NCBI GenBank assembly: GCA_963674825.1
Contig: OY771587.1
Location: 864,001-928,000 of the forward strand
Length of the DNA: 64,000 nt
Direction of reading: 5' to 3'
Source: Candidatus Cloacimonadales bacterium
GTDB lineage: Bacteria > Cloacimonadota > Cloacimonadia > Cloacimonadales > JAIOQZ01
Numbering within the stretch: position 1 is the first letter of the stretch; each line of letters starts with the position of its first letter. Below are positions 33,822 through 43,418 of the stretch, in pieces. The notes under the pieces were generated by a model. The model was not told the DNA's origin and ran no database searches. It saw nothing but the letters and a program-made list of their open reading frames with translations. A program made the translations under genes and the position numbers.

Positions 33822-36800
33822 TTACAGTTCGCTGTCGGACAGGAAATCGATGTCGAAGCAGAGCGACTTAAGCTCGCTGATCAACACGTTAAACGATTCC
33901 GGGATGCCCGGGTCAGGCGGATTGAGACCATTAGTAATCGCCTTGAAGGCGTTGGTACGTCCATCCACGTCGTCCGATTTGATGGTCAGCATTTCTTCCA
34001 GGAGACGTGAAGCGCCATAGGCTTCGAGAGCCCAGACTTCCATTTCTCCCAGTCGCTGTCCACCGTGCTGTGCCTTACCGCCCAGAGGCTGCTGGGTGAT
34101 GAGGGAGTACGGTCCGGTCGAACGAGCATGCATCTTGTCGGCAACGAGGTGGTTGAGTTTCATCATATAGATGATACCCACGGTCACTCTCTCGCGGAAC
34201 GGTTCACCCGTCTTGCCGTCATAAAGCACCTGTTTACCATCGGCAGGCAGTCCGGCTGTATTCATCTCATTGATGATGTCTTCCAGCTTTGCGCCGTCGA
34301 AAACCGGCGTTTCGGCGCGGAAGCCGAGCTTGTGAGCTGCCATACCCAGGTGGGTTTCCAGAATCTGTCCGATGTTCATACGGGAAGGCACACCCAGCGG
34401 GTTGAGCACGATGTCAACCGGGGTTCCGTCTTCCATGAACGGCATATCTTCGATAGGAGCGATGCGGGAAATAACACCCTTGTTACCGTGGCGTCCCGCC
34501 ATCTTGTCGCCAACCTGAACTTTACGTTTCTTGGCGATGTAAACCTTGACCATCTTGCGGACGCCGTACGGAAGCTCATCACCGTGTTTCAGGCGATCGC
34601 GTGACTTCTTGTACATGTTGGCGCTTTCCTCGCGAGCGGTCTTGACTTTCATCACGATATCGTTGTAGATGCGGAGGTTCTTCTCCGGATCTTCTACGAG
34701 ATCGTAGTCCAGATTCAGGCGCTTGAAGTCGATCTTCTTCAGGTCTTCCGAGGTAATTTTCTTACCGGCGGGGATGAAGAAGATGTTGGTCTTCTGATTG
34801 GAAATATTCTTCGCAATCTCACCGAGAAGGTAGTCGGAGAGTTTGTCTTTGAGGAACTTTTCGATGCGTTTGTTGCGCTCGGCCTGTTCCGCTTTCAGAC
34901 GTGCGATTTCATCTTTTTTCTGTTCTTCGTAGTCGTGGATATCCTCGAGGCGAGAGAACACCTTCACGTCGATCACAACGCCTTCCATACCGGGCTTAGC
35001 CTTGAGGGAGGTGTTCGTGAAGTCGCCGGCGCGGTCGCCGAACAGTGCGCGCATGAGGTTCTCTTCCGGTGAAGGATCGATATCGACGCTCTTCGGAGTA
35101 ATCTTGCCAACGACGATGTCGCCAGCCTTGATCACCGAACCGACACGGATGATACCGGTCTTGTCGAGGTTGCGAAGCGCCTGGGTGGGAACGTTCGGAA
35201 TGTCGTACGCGAGCTCTTCCTTACCGTTCTTCACGTTACGTACCAGAACTTCCTGCTCTTCGATGTAGATCGAAGTGAGGATATCTTCCTGTGCCACGCG
35301 TTCGCTGAGGAGAATAGCGTCCTCGTAGTTGTATCCATACCACGGCATGAACGCGACCAGCATGTTCTGGCCAAGTGCGAACCGGTCGCCCTGAATACAC
35401 GGTCCGTCCGACAGCGGATCGCCTTGCTTCACTTCATCCCCGATATTGACGATCGGACGCTGGTTGAAACATGTATCCTGGTTGGAGCGGGTGTATTTCT
35501 TCAGGTAAACGCGGTTGTCCGTTCCCATATCGAGCATCAGCTCATCGGTGTCCTTACGCTTGATATCAATATAAGCGGAAGTCACGTTGGAGACAATACC
35601 ATCGAACGGAGCGAGCGCGACAACACCGCTGTCCTGCGCCACGATTCTCTCCATACCGGTTCCGACAAGCGGAGCGGCCGGGTTGAGAAGCGGCACCGAC
35701 TGGCGCTGCATGTTCGAGCCCATCAATGCGCGGTTCGCGTCGTCGTGTTCCAGGAACGGAATCAACGATGCGGAGACCGAAACGATCTGTTGCGGCGAAA
35801 CCTCGACGTACTGAACTTCTTCCGGACGAACCTGAACGTATTCGCTCTTGTTACGGGCGAAAACGAGATCGTCGGTCAGAACCAGATCTTCGTTAATGGT
35901 AACGTTCGCCTGCGCGATCGTGTATTTATCTTCCTGTGCGGGATCGAGGTAATCGACCTGATGGGTCACCCTACCGTTCTCTACGCGGATATACGGTGTT
36001 TCGATGAATCCCATGCGATTGATCGACGAATAGATCGCCGGGGAAGAGATAAGACCGATATTCGGACCTTCAGGAGTCTCGATCGGGCAGATACGTCCGT
36101 AGTGCGAGTAGTGAACGTCGCGAACTTCGAAGCCAGCGCGATCACGCGTAAGACCACCAGGACCCAGCGCAGATAGACGTCTTTTATGCGTCAACGCTGC
36201 GAGCGGGTTGGTCTGTTCCATGAACTGCGAGAGCTGTCCGGTAAGGAAGAACGCTTGCACAACCGCGATCAGCGCATTGCTGTTGATCAGGTCGTGAACC
36301 GTTACTTCATCGGCGTTCGAGATCGACATACGTTCGATTGCGATACGGGTAATGCGCAGAAGACCGTTGGTGTATTCTTCTTCGAGAAGCTCACCGACAG
36401 TACGGATGCGGCGGTTTGCCAGGTGATCGATATCATCGACGGTTTCTTCGTTACGGAAGATGCGGACGATTGTATTGACGATCGCTTCAAGGTCCTGACG
36501 GGTCAGGACGAACATGTCTTCCGGGATGTCCAGATCAAGGCGGCTGTTGAGTTTGTAACGGCCAACTTCGCCAAGATTGTAGCGCTTTTCGTTGAAGAAC
36601 ATTCTTTCAACCAGGGCGCGTGCATCCTCATAAGAAGGATCTTCGCCGGGACGAATCAGGTTGTATATTTTCTTGACCGCCTCTTCTTGATCCACGGTCG
36701 GGTCTTTCGCGATTGTATTCTCTATAATTTTCGCATGAATTTCATATTCGTGCGTGACGACCGGGATCTCGTTGATGCCGGATTCGATCAATTCATCGAT

Positions 36801-37613
36801 AACTTCCTGCGTGATCTCGGTACCGGCCTTGCAGATTTCTTCGCCGTTTTCCGCGTCGTAAACATCCTGATAGAGGTATTTTTCGAGCGTTTCGGAAACA
36901 GGGAGCATTTCTGACTGATAGAAGGCGGTGCGGATGTCGTCATTGCTGGATATACCGACACTGCGCAGCAGAACCGTAACCGGGAGCTTACGTCGCTTGT
37001 CGATATGTACATACATTGTATCGTGGATATCGAGGCTGAATTCGAGCCAGGAACCATTATAGGGGATCACCTTCGCCGAATAGACCATCTTACCGCTTGG
37101 ATGTTTCTCTTCCGTGAAGGAGACACCAGGTGAGCGGTGAAGCTGGCTGATGATGACGCGCTCTGCGCCGTTGATGATGAAGGTTCCCTGCGGTGTGATC
37201 AACGGGATCTCGCCAAGGAAAACATCCTGTTCGATGATCTTTTTCACACGCTTCTCGCCGCTTTCCTTGAGGATTTCCTCATCGTAAACGGTGAGTTTCA
37301 TACGCGCTTTAATAGGCGCCTGATAGGTCAGGTTCCGTTCGATACATTCATCAGTGCTGTATTTTTCTTTCAGCACTGAGTAATCGATGAACTCGAGTAG
37401 ATAAACGCCTTTCGTGTCTTCGATCGGGAAAATCTGATCAAAGACCGATTGCAATCCTTTGTTCTTCCGTTTCTGCGGATGGATATCACGCTGCAGGAAC
37501 TCATCAAACGAATCGATCTGCATCGCCAGAAGGTTTGGAACCTCCACAGACGGCAGCCCGAGGTCACGGGCTCTTTTTAAAATGCGGGAATAGTTCTTCG
37601 TTTCTTTCAACAT
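33822..37613 (-). CDS. rpoB: RNA polymerase beta subunit
   Basis: CPIETPEGPNIGL, GDKMAGRHGNKG, GGQRLGEMEVWAL. Confidence 0.99.
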   Translation of the reverse strand: MLKETKNYSRILKRARDLGLPSVEVPNLLAMQIDSFDEFLQRDIHPQKRKNKGLQSVFDQIFPIEDTKGVYLLEFIDYSVLKEKYSTDECIERNLTYQAPIKARMKLTVYDEEILKESGEKRVKKIIEQDVFLGEIPLITPQGTFIINGAERVIISQLHRSPGVSFTEEKHPSGKMVYSAKVIPYNGSWLEFSLDIHDTMYVHIDKRRKLPVTVLLRSVGISSNDDIRTAFYQSEMLPVSETLEKYLYQDVYDAENGEEICKAGTEITQEVIDELIESGINEIPVVTHEYEIHAKIIENTIAKDPTVDQEEAVKKIYNLIRPGEDPSYEDARALVERMFFNEKRYNLGEVGRYKLNSRLDLDIPEDMFVLTRQDLEAIVNTIVRIFRNEETVDDIDHLANRRIRTVGELLEEEYTNGLLRITRIAIERMSISNADEVTVHDLINSNALIAVVQAFFLTGQLSQFMEQTNPLAALTHKRRLSALGPGGLTRDRAGFEVRDVHYSHYGRICPIETPEGPNIGLISSPAIYSSINRMGFIETPYIRVENGRVTHQVDYLDPAQEDKYTIAQANVTINEDLVLTDDLVFARNKSEYVQVRPEEVQYVEVSPQQIVSVSASLIPFLEHDDANRALMGSNMQRQSVPLLNPAAPLVGTGMERIVAQDSGVVALAPFDGIVSNVTSAYIDIKRKDTDELMLDMGTDNRVYLKKYTRSNQDTCFNQRPIVNIGDEVKQGDPLSDGPCIQGDRFALGQNMLVAFMPWYGYNYEDAILLSERVAQEDILTSIYIEEQEVLVRNVKNGKEELAYDIPNVPTQALRNLDKTGIIRVGSVIKAGDIVVGKITPKSVDIDPSPEENLMRALFGDRAGDFTNTSLKAKPGMEGVVIDVKVFSRLEDIHDYEEQKKDEIARLKAEQAERNKRIEKFLKDKLSDYLLGEIAKNISNQKTNIFFIPAGKKITSEDLKKIDFKRLNLDYDLVEDPEKNLRIYNDIVMKVKTAREESANMYKKSRDRLKHGDELPYGVRKMVKVYIAKKRKVQVGDKMAGRHGNKGVISRIAPIEDMPFMEDGTPVDIVLNPLGVPSRMNIGQILETHLGMAAHKLGFRAETPVFDGAKLEDIINEMNTAGLPADGKQVLYDGKTGEPFRERVTVGIIYMMKLNHLVADKMHARSTGPYSLITQQPLGGKAQHGGQRLGEMEVWALEAYGASRLLEEMLTIKSDDVDGRTNAFKAITNGLNPPDPGIPESFNVLISELKSLCFDIDFLSDSEL

Positions 37614-37632
37614 CCCACTCCTTTTTAAGAAC

Positions 37633-37937
37633 GATACTGCGGATATAGCCGATGACGACGCAGCTCTTCCGGCTGTGTGTACATCGGCTTCGAGAGGAAA
37701 CTACTCAACTTGATCTTATGACTTCTCATGCTTTCCTAAGACAATCCCGTCCAGTCTTGTGGACGAATCATTCGGATCGAGCGGTTCGGGACTTTTCCCG
37801 CTTCCCCCTTTGGAAGCTTATCGCCGCTTTTCGATCCTTGATGGACCTGTCTCAACTTACATTCATGAAAAAAAGAATTTTCCGCAAAAGGCTCCTCTTG
37901 CGGGGTGACGAAAAAGCCCGGGATATCCGCAAATACC
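37633..37937 (-). promoter_or_regulatory. Putative structured RNA element in the rpoB leader
   Basis: Long-range 9-bp inverted repeat (37638-37646 / 37923-37931) enclosing several hairpins and a multibranch domain; see findings. Confidence 0.5.
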
Positions 37938-38067
37938 AGGGTATCATTTCCTTCTTCCTGCAGACACACAAATGCGGCATTAACCGCATCGGTATCCTTG
38001 AAACCATTAAACTGCCGACTTTCGACATTCATCAAACCGGCATGATATGAAAAGGTGCCTGACATGC

Positions 38068-38108
38068 AAAAAATCGAAGTGGGCTTCATCTGGGGAAACC
38101 CACTTCGA
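38068..38108 (-). terminator. Intrinsic terminator/attenuator after rplL
   Basis: TCGAAGTGGG...CCCACTTCGA stem followed by TTTTTT on -. Confidence 0.85.
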
Positions 38109-38120
38109 ATATATTTGTCA

Positions 38121-38498
38121 TTACTTGATTTCGACAGATGCGCCAACCGCGTCAAGTTTAGCCTTGATTGATTCAGCTTCTTCTTTGGAAACTGCTTCAA
38201 CGACCGGCTTCGGAGCGGTGTCAACAAGGTCTTTAGCTTCTTTAAGCCCAAGCTTGGTGATTTCGCGGACAACCTTGATAACCTGGATTTTCTTATCTCC
38301 AGCGTTCGTAAGGATCACGTCGAATTCGCTCTTTTCTTCTTTCGCTGCCTCAGCAGGTGCTGCGCCAGCCGCTGCTACGGCAACCGGTGCCGCTGCGGTA
38401 ACGCCGAATATTTCTTCGAGTTCTTTCACGAGTTCGGAAAGCTCGATAACAGTCATTTCTTTTACGAGATCGATGACCTGTTGCTTCTTGTCAGCCAT
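38121..38498 (-). CDS. rplL: 50S ribosomal protein L7/L12
   Basis: [32 protein letters not shown] 38498 after GGAG. Confidence 0.99.
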   Translation of the reverse strand: MADKKQQVIDLVKEMTVIELSELVKELEEIFGVTAAAPVAVAAAGAAPAEAAKEEKSEFDVILTNAGDKKIQVIKVVREITKLGLKEAKDLVDTAPKPVVEAVSKEEAESIKAKLDAVGASVEIK

Positions 38499-38525
38499 TG
38501 GTTCCTCCAATTATGTTTATGATTC

Positions 38526-39056
38526 TTATTCTGCTTTTTCTTTTGCGATTGCGTCGACCGTGTAAACAAACTTGCGGATCACGCCCTGAAGGACGCCAAC
38601 AAATCCGGTGATCGGAGCGTTAAATCCGGAAAGCACCTTCGCAAGAAGCTCTTCGCGCGAAGGAAGCTCTGCAAGCATGGTCATCTCATCTGTACCCATT
38701 ACGATACTTCCGATATAACCCTGCTTGAATTTCGGAAAACCTTTGTCTTCCATCACCTCTTTGCTGAACTTGACGAGTTCCCTCGCCGGCGCTACTTCGT
38801 CTGCCTTGCAAACTGCGACGGCTGTCGGGCCCACCAGATACTCATCAAGATCGTTGATTCCAAGTTCGTTCAGCGCGATTTTGATCAACGTGTTCTTTGC
38901 CACGAAGTAATCTACACCTGCGCTGCGGAAACGTCTACGAAGCTCGTTCACTTCCTCGACATTGATTCCCTTGTAGTCGACAAGCACAATCGCCTTGGCT
39001 GAATCCAGCCGCTCTTTCAAAGTAACCAGGGTATCCTTGTTATGTTGATTCGGCAT
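38526..39056 (-). CDS. rplJ: 50S ribosomal protein L10
   Basis: DYKGINV, VAKNTL, GPTA, LPSREEL. Confidence 0.98.
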   Translation of the reverse strand: MPNQHNKDTLVTLKERLDSAKAIVLVDYKGINVEEVNELRRRFRSAGVDYFVAKNTLIKIALNELGINDLDEYLVGPTAVAVCKADEVAPARELVKFSKEVMEDKGFPKFKQGYIGSIVMGTDEMTMLAELPSREELLAKVLSGFNAPITGFVGVLQGVIRKFVYTVDAIAKEKAE

Positions 39057-39064
39057 GGCGTCTC

Positions 39065-39769
39065 CTATTTACGTGCTTCCAGCGATGCAGTCGCTACGTT
39101 GAGTTTTATACTAGGTCCCATTGTTGTGGTCAATGCGATCGACTTGATATAGACGCCTTTCAGCGCTGCAGGTTTGTCACGCATTACCGCGGAGATGACA
39201 GCCAGAATATTCTCCTTCAACTTGGGGACATCGAAGCTCTTCTTGCCTGTCGGGATATGGAGGTTCGCGAATTTATCGACACGGTATGCAACCTTTCCGA
39301 ATTTCGCGTCGCGCACTGCCGCGCCAACTTCCATTGTTACGGTACCGACTTTCGGGTTCGGCATCAGTCCGCGAGGACCGAGTACGCGACCCAGACGGCC
39401 GATCTTACCCATCAGGTTCGGTGTCGCAATCACGATATCGAAATCGAACCATCCACCCTGGATTTTTTCAGCCAGGTCATCTACTCCGACGTATTCCGCG
39501 CCAGCATCGGTTGCTTCGGTCGCTTTGTCGCCTTCTGCGAAGACGAGGACGCGAACGTCCTTACCGGTACCGTTTGGAAGAACGATGGAGTTACGAATTT
39601 GCTGATCCGCTTTTCGCGGGTCAACGCCCAGGTTGAAGTGAATCTCGACGGTTTCGTCGAACTTCGCCTGAGGCAACTTCTTGATCATTTCAAGAGCGTC
39701 GTCGAGTTCGTAACGAAGGTTACGATCGATCAGCTCTTGTGCGTTCTTGTAACGCTTGCTTCTGAACAT
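39065..39769 (-). CDS. rplA: 50S ribosomal protein L1
   Basis: [28 protein letters not shown]. Confidence 0.99.
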   Translation of the reverse strand: MFRSKRYKNAQELIDRNLRYELDDALEMIKKLPQAKFDETVEIHFNLGVDPRKADQQIRNSIVLPNGTGKDVRVLVFAEGDKATEATDAGAEYVGVDDLAEKIQGGWFDFDIVIATPNLMGKIGRLGRVLGPRGLMPNPKVGTVTMEVGAAVRDAKFGKVAYRVDKFANLHIPTGKKSFDVPKLKENILAVISAVMRDKPAALKGVYIKSIALTTTMGPSIKLNVATASLEARK

Positions 39770-39831
39770 ATGTACTCCTGGATGCGAGGATCTCCTGCGG
39801 ATAGAAATTTAAGCGCGGTTTCGAAACGGGG

Positions 39832-40263
39832 TTATTTCGAAACGGTCACGCCCATGCTTCTCGCAGTACCTTCGATCATACGCATCGCTGCGTCCACCGT
39901 GTGAGCATTGAGATCTTTCATCTTGATCTCGGCAATCTTCTTGATCTGCTCTTTGGTGACGTTGCCGACCTTTGTCTTGTTCGGCTCCCCAGAACCCTTT
40001 GCCAGTCCTGCTTCCTTACGGATAAGCACGGCTGCCGGCGGGGTTTTCAATTCAAATGTGAAACTTTTATTCTTCGCAACATAGATCACCACGGGGAAGA
40101 TCATTCCCGGTGAATCTTTTGTCCGGTCGTTATACTGTCTGCAGAACTCCGGAATGTTGACACCTGCCTGACCCAGCGCCGGACCAACGGGAGGCGCGGG
40201 TGTTGCCTGACCAGCAGGCAATTGCAGCTTGATTACGTTTACTGCATCTTTCGGTTTTGCCAT
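39832..40263 (-). CDS. rplK: 50S ribosomal protein L11
   Basis: [25 protein letters not shown]. Confidence 0.99.
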   Translation of the reverse strand: MAKPKDAVNVIKLQLPAGQATPAPPVGPALGQAGVNIPEFCRQYNDRTKDSPGMIFPVVIYVAKNKSFTFELKTPPAAVLIRKEAGLAKGSGEPNKTKVGNVTKEQIKKIAEIKMKDLNAHTVDAAMRMIEGTARSMGVTVSK

Positions 40264-40312
40264 GTTTGCCTCTACTGATTACTGGTTGACCGCTTTTACG
40301 TCAACCATCTTT

Positions 40313-40840
40313 TTATTTATTGATTTCCACCTGGTCGACTGACACTTCTACCGGGGTCACGCGACCAAATACGGTTACCTCTACCGTCAATTTTCTGGTC
40401 TCCGCGGTTACACTGCGAATGACACCTTTGAAATCGGTGAAAGGACCCGCGGTTATCTTTACGATATCGCCAGGCAGGAATTCGATATCAGTCTGATCCG
40501 AGTTATCGCGGTCAGCGATACCAAGAAGCCTGTTGATTTCATCCTGGTCGAGCGGAACGGCTTTCTTGCCCGTGCCGAGGAAGTTTGTCACGCCCGGCAG
40601 GTTCAAGATAAAGTTCTGAAGCTCTCGAGTGAGTTCCGCTTCGATGATGACATAGCTGTTGAACACTTTGCGTTCACGTTCGATCTTCTTGCCTTCACGA
40701 ATCAGGTATGTCTTCTGGGTCGGGATAAGAATCTGACCGAGTTTGTCCTCCATCTCAGTATCCTTTACTCCCGCCTCGAGCATTTCGCGAATCTTGTTCT
40801 CCTGGGATGCAAAGGTGTGAATGACATACCATTTCTTCAT
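40313..40840 (-). CDS. nusG: Transcription factor NusG
   Basis: KWYVIHT, PGVTNF, KOW GPFTDF, VFGRVTPVE. Confidence 0.97.
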   Translation of the reverse strand: MKKWYVIHTFASQENKIREMLEAGVKDTEMEDKLGQILIPTQKTYLIREGKKIERERKVFNSYVIIEAELTRELQNFILNLPGVTNFLGTGKKAVPLDQDEINRLLGIADRDNSDQTDIEFLPGDIVKITAGPFTDFKGVIRSVTAETRKLTVEVTVFGRVTPVEVSVDQVEINK

Positions 40841-40844
40841 TGCG

Positions 40845-41036
40845 CTAGCCCCTGTAGATTACGAAGCGCATCAGGATCGAGAAAATCCAGTCAACAACTG
40901 AAAGAAAGACCGCGACGAGGGCGGACATGGAAATAACCACGAGAGTTCCTTCCTTCAGGTCGTCTTTTGATGGCCAGGTGATGTACTGTTTTTCGTGCCA
41001 GACATCTTTCAGAAATTTCCAGAGCTTCTTAAACAT
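40845..41036 (-). CDS. secE: Preprotein translocase SecE
   Basis: MFKKLWKFLKDVWHEKQYITWPSKDDL plus one TM; lies between tRNA-Trp and nusG. The ORF-track start overlaps the tRNA and is too long. Confidence 0.93.
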   Translation of the reverse strand: MFKKLWKFLKDVWHEKQYITWPSKDDLKEGTLVVISMSALVAVFLSVVDWIFSILMRFVIYRG

Positions 41037-41142
41037 ATCCGTACTTCCTTCTTGTGCCGGGTTCGTCAATTCCGCTCCCGGCCTGGATTCTACGACTTTC
41101 AATGTACCAGCAGATATGCATCCACTGAAAACCGCTTCACAT

Positions 41143-41175
41143 AAAAAGAAAGGCTGTTGGCAGCGCTTTCTTTTT
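41143..41175 (-). terminator. Terminator-like hairpin after tRNA-Trp
   Basis: AAAAAGAAAG(C)GCTG-CCAA-CAGCCTTTCTTTTT on -. Confidence 0.6.
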
Positions 41176-41183
41176 GTAAAAAC

Positions 41184-41259
41184 TGGCAGGACAGGCAGGA
41201 ATCGAACCCGCAACCCCCGGTTTTGGAGACCGGTGCTCTGCCAATTGAGCTACTGTCCT
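41184..41259 (-). tRNA. tRNA-Trp(CCA)
   Basis: AGGACAG...CCGGT CT CCA AA ACCGG...TTCGATTC...CTGTCCT GCCA. Confidence 0.97.
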
Positions 41260-41274
41260 GCCCTGTATAAGTTC

Positions 41275-41424
41275 TTACCGTGTTTGCTTATGATTCGTGT
41301 GTTTCCGGCAGTTCGGACAGAACTTCTTCAGTTCGAGTCTGTTCGGATGATTACGACGATTTTTGGTCGTTGTGTAATTACGATTCTTGCACTCTTCACA
41401 AGCAAGGATAATTATTTCTCGCAT
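41275..41424 (-). CDS. rpmG: 50S ribosomal protein L33 (Zn-binding form)
   Basis: Manual translation [49 protein letters not shown] (below the ORF-track cutoff). Confidence 0.98.
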   Translation of the reverse strand: MREIIILACEECKNRNYTTTKNRRNHPNRLELKKFCPNCRKHTNHKQTR

Positions 41425-41432
41425 GATATTCC

Positions 41433-42617
41433 CTATTCTAAGATATCACCGACGACGCCGGCACCGATGGTGCGTCCACCTTCGCGGATAGCGAAGCGGA
41501 GACCCTGTTCCATAGCGATCGGGGTGATCAGTTCAACGTTGACCTCTACGTGGTCACCAGGCATTACCATCTCGACGCCTTCAGGAAGGGTCAGGGAGCC
41601 GGTAACGTCCGTGGTGCGGAAGTAGAACTGCGGACGGTAGCCACTGAAGAACGGCTTATGACGTCCACCTTCGTCTCCGGTCAGCACGTAGGTCTTACCA
41701 GTGAACTTGGTGTGAGGGGTGATCGACTTCGGTTTCGCAAGTACCATACCGCGTTCGATATCGGTCTTGGCGATACCGCGAAGAAGCATACCCACGTTGT
41801 CGCCTGCCTGGCCTTCGTCGAGGATCTTACGGAACATCTCGACACCGGTACAGGTGGTTTCGATGGTTTCACGGATACCAACGCGCTCGATCTTCTCGCC
41901 AACTTTCACGATTCCGCGCTCGATACGGCCCGTAGCTACTGTGCCACGTCCCTGGATCGAGAACACGTCTTCGACTGGCATGAGGAAAGGCTTGTCAACA
42001 TCGCGCTCGGGAAGCGGAACGTAACGATCGACTTCGTCCATCAGTTCCTGAATCTGGGCTTCACCTTCCGGATCCGCGTTCAGACCTTTAAGTGCAGAAC
42101 CCTTGATCACGGGAATATCGTCGCCCGGGAATTCGTATTCGGAAAGAAGCTCGCGAACTTCAAGTTCCACAAGCTCAAGAATTTCTTCGTCGTCCACAAG
42201 GTCGCACTTGTTCATGAAAACGACCATTGCGGGTACGCCTACCTGACGGGCAAGCAGGATGTGCTCGCGGGTCTGGGGCATTGGGCCGTCGGCTGCGCTA
42301 ACCACAAGGATAGCTCCGTCCATCTGGGCGGCGCCGGTGATCATGTTCTTGACATAGTCAGCATGACCAGGGCAGTCTACGTGCGCGTAGTGACGATTTG
42401 CTGTTTCGTATTCGACGTGCGCCGTCGCGATGGTGATACCACGCTCGCGCTCTTCCGGTGCGTTGTCGATACTATCGAATGAACGGAATGCAGCACCGGT
42501 CTTCTTGCTAAGATAAAGCGTAATCGCCGCGGTAAGTGTCGTCTTACCGTGGTCTACGTGACCGATCGTTCCTATGTTAACATGAGGCTTCGTTCTCTCA
42601 AATTTCGCCTTTGCCAT
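41433..42617 (-). CDS. tuf: Elongation factor Tu
   Basis: [27 protein letters not shown]. Confidence 0.99.
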   Translation of the reverse strand: MAKAKFERTKPHVNIGTIGHVDHGKTTLTAAITLYLSKKTGAAFRSFDSIDNAPEERERGITIATAHVEYETANRHYAHVDCPGHADYVKNMITGAAQMDGAILVVSAADGPMPQTREHILLARQVGVPAMVVFMNKCDLVDDEEILELVELEVRELLSEYEFPGDDIPVIKGSALKGLNADPEGEAQIQELMDEVDRYVPLPERDVDKPFLMPVEDVFSIQGRGTVATGRIERGIVKVGEKIERVGIRETIETTCTGVEMFRKILDEGQAGDNVGMLLRGIAKTDIERGMVLAKPKSITPHTKFTGKTYVLTGDEGGRHKPFFSGYRPQFYFRTTDVTGSLTLPEGVEMVMPGDHVEVNVELITPIAMEQGLRFAIREGGRTIGAGVVGDILE

Positions 42618-42675
42618 GATTCCTCCAGGTTATATATTCGTTAATGCCAAATCCCAGATTGCTAAATAAAAAAAA

Positions 42676-42751
<76 letters not shown>

Positions 42752-42769
42752 TTTCATTTTTGAGAAATA

Positions 42770-42846
42770 TGGAGCGGGAAACGGGGCTCGAACCCGCGAC
42801 CCTCAGCTTGGAAGGCTGATGCTCTAGCCAACTGAGCTATTCCCGC
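42770..42846 (-). tRNA. tRNA-Gly(TCC)
   Basis: GCGGGAA...TCAGC CT TCC AA GCTGA...TTCCCGC TCCA. Confidence 0.97.
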
Positions 42847-42929
42847 GTTTATTCCGAATGTTTATCGTAAGATCATCCGGGCAAAAAAATCTCTCTCCCA
42901 GCAAGCCTGTCTGCTTGGGAGAGAAAAGA

Positions 42930-43014
42930 TGGTGGAGAGGGGAGGATTCGAACCTCCGAAGTCTTCGACGACAGATTTACAGTCTGTTCCCTTTGGCCGC
43001 TCGGGAACCTCTCC
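42930..43014 (-). tRNA. tRNA-Tyr(GTA)
   Basis: GGAGAGG...ACAGA CT GTA AA TCTGT, long variable arm, CCTCTCC ACCA. Confidence 0.97.
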
Positions 43015-43019
43015 ATGTA

Positions 43020-43094
43020 TGGAGCCGATGAAGGGAATCGAACCCCCAACCGATGGTTTACAAAACCATTGCTCTACCATTGAGCTACATCGGC
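43020..43094 (-). tRNA. tRNA-Thr(TGT)
   Basis: GCCGATG...ATGGT TT TGT AA ACCAT...CATCGGC TCCA. Confidence 0.97.
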
Positions 43095-43418
43095 GAGCTG
43101 ACAGTTTCTCAACAAAAAACTTTTCGGTTTTCCTGTCAACTCTTTTCTCGATAAATTTCTCTGTATGTGCAATTCAAATATCAATCACTGAGTGCGCAAA
43201 ATCATAACACCCAGTCTTTCGTGTCAACCTATTTTTCAGCTATTCGGCATTTTGTGTTCAACACCTGACGTAATACACTGATAAAACATACAAATACAAC
43301 CCGACACGCTGCTACCATTTTCTCCGAAACACAACACGCTAAATACCAAATATATTTTCACATTTCGTTTGACAACCCAAATAATCGCTCGCAGCTATGT
43401 TTCTCACAGGAGTCAACC

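Noticed and set aside
37647..37689. AGCCGAUG hairpin resembling group II intron domain V
   Set aside because: Wrong length, no GNRA loop or AC bulge, no domain VI or GUGYG 5' end.
38013..38042. UUGAUGA...CGAAA resembling a hammerhead ribozyme core
   Set aside because: The CUGA core is imperfect and there is no room for stem I or a cleavage triplet; it folds as a simple hairpin.
37652..38272. ORFs 37736-38272 (-) and 37652-38050 (+) in the rplL-rpoB spacer
   Set aside because: The minus ORF overlaps rplL and crosses a terminator. Neither has an SD or motif, and RNA structure explains the region better. A short peptide cannot be fully excluded.
42862..43207. ORFs 42862-43080 and 42929-43207
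   Set aside because: They overlap tRNA genes.
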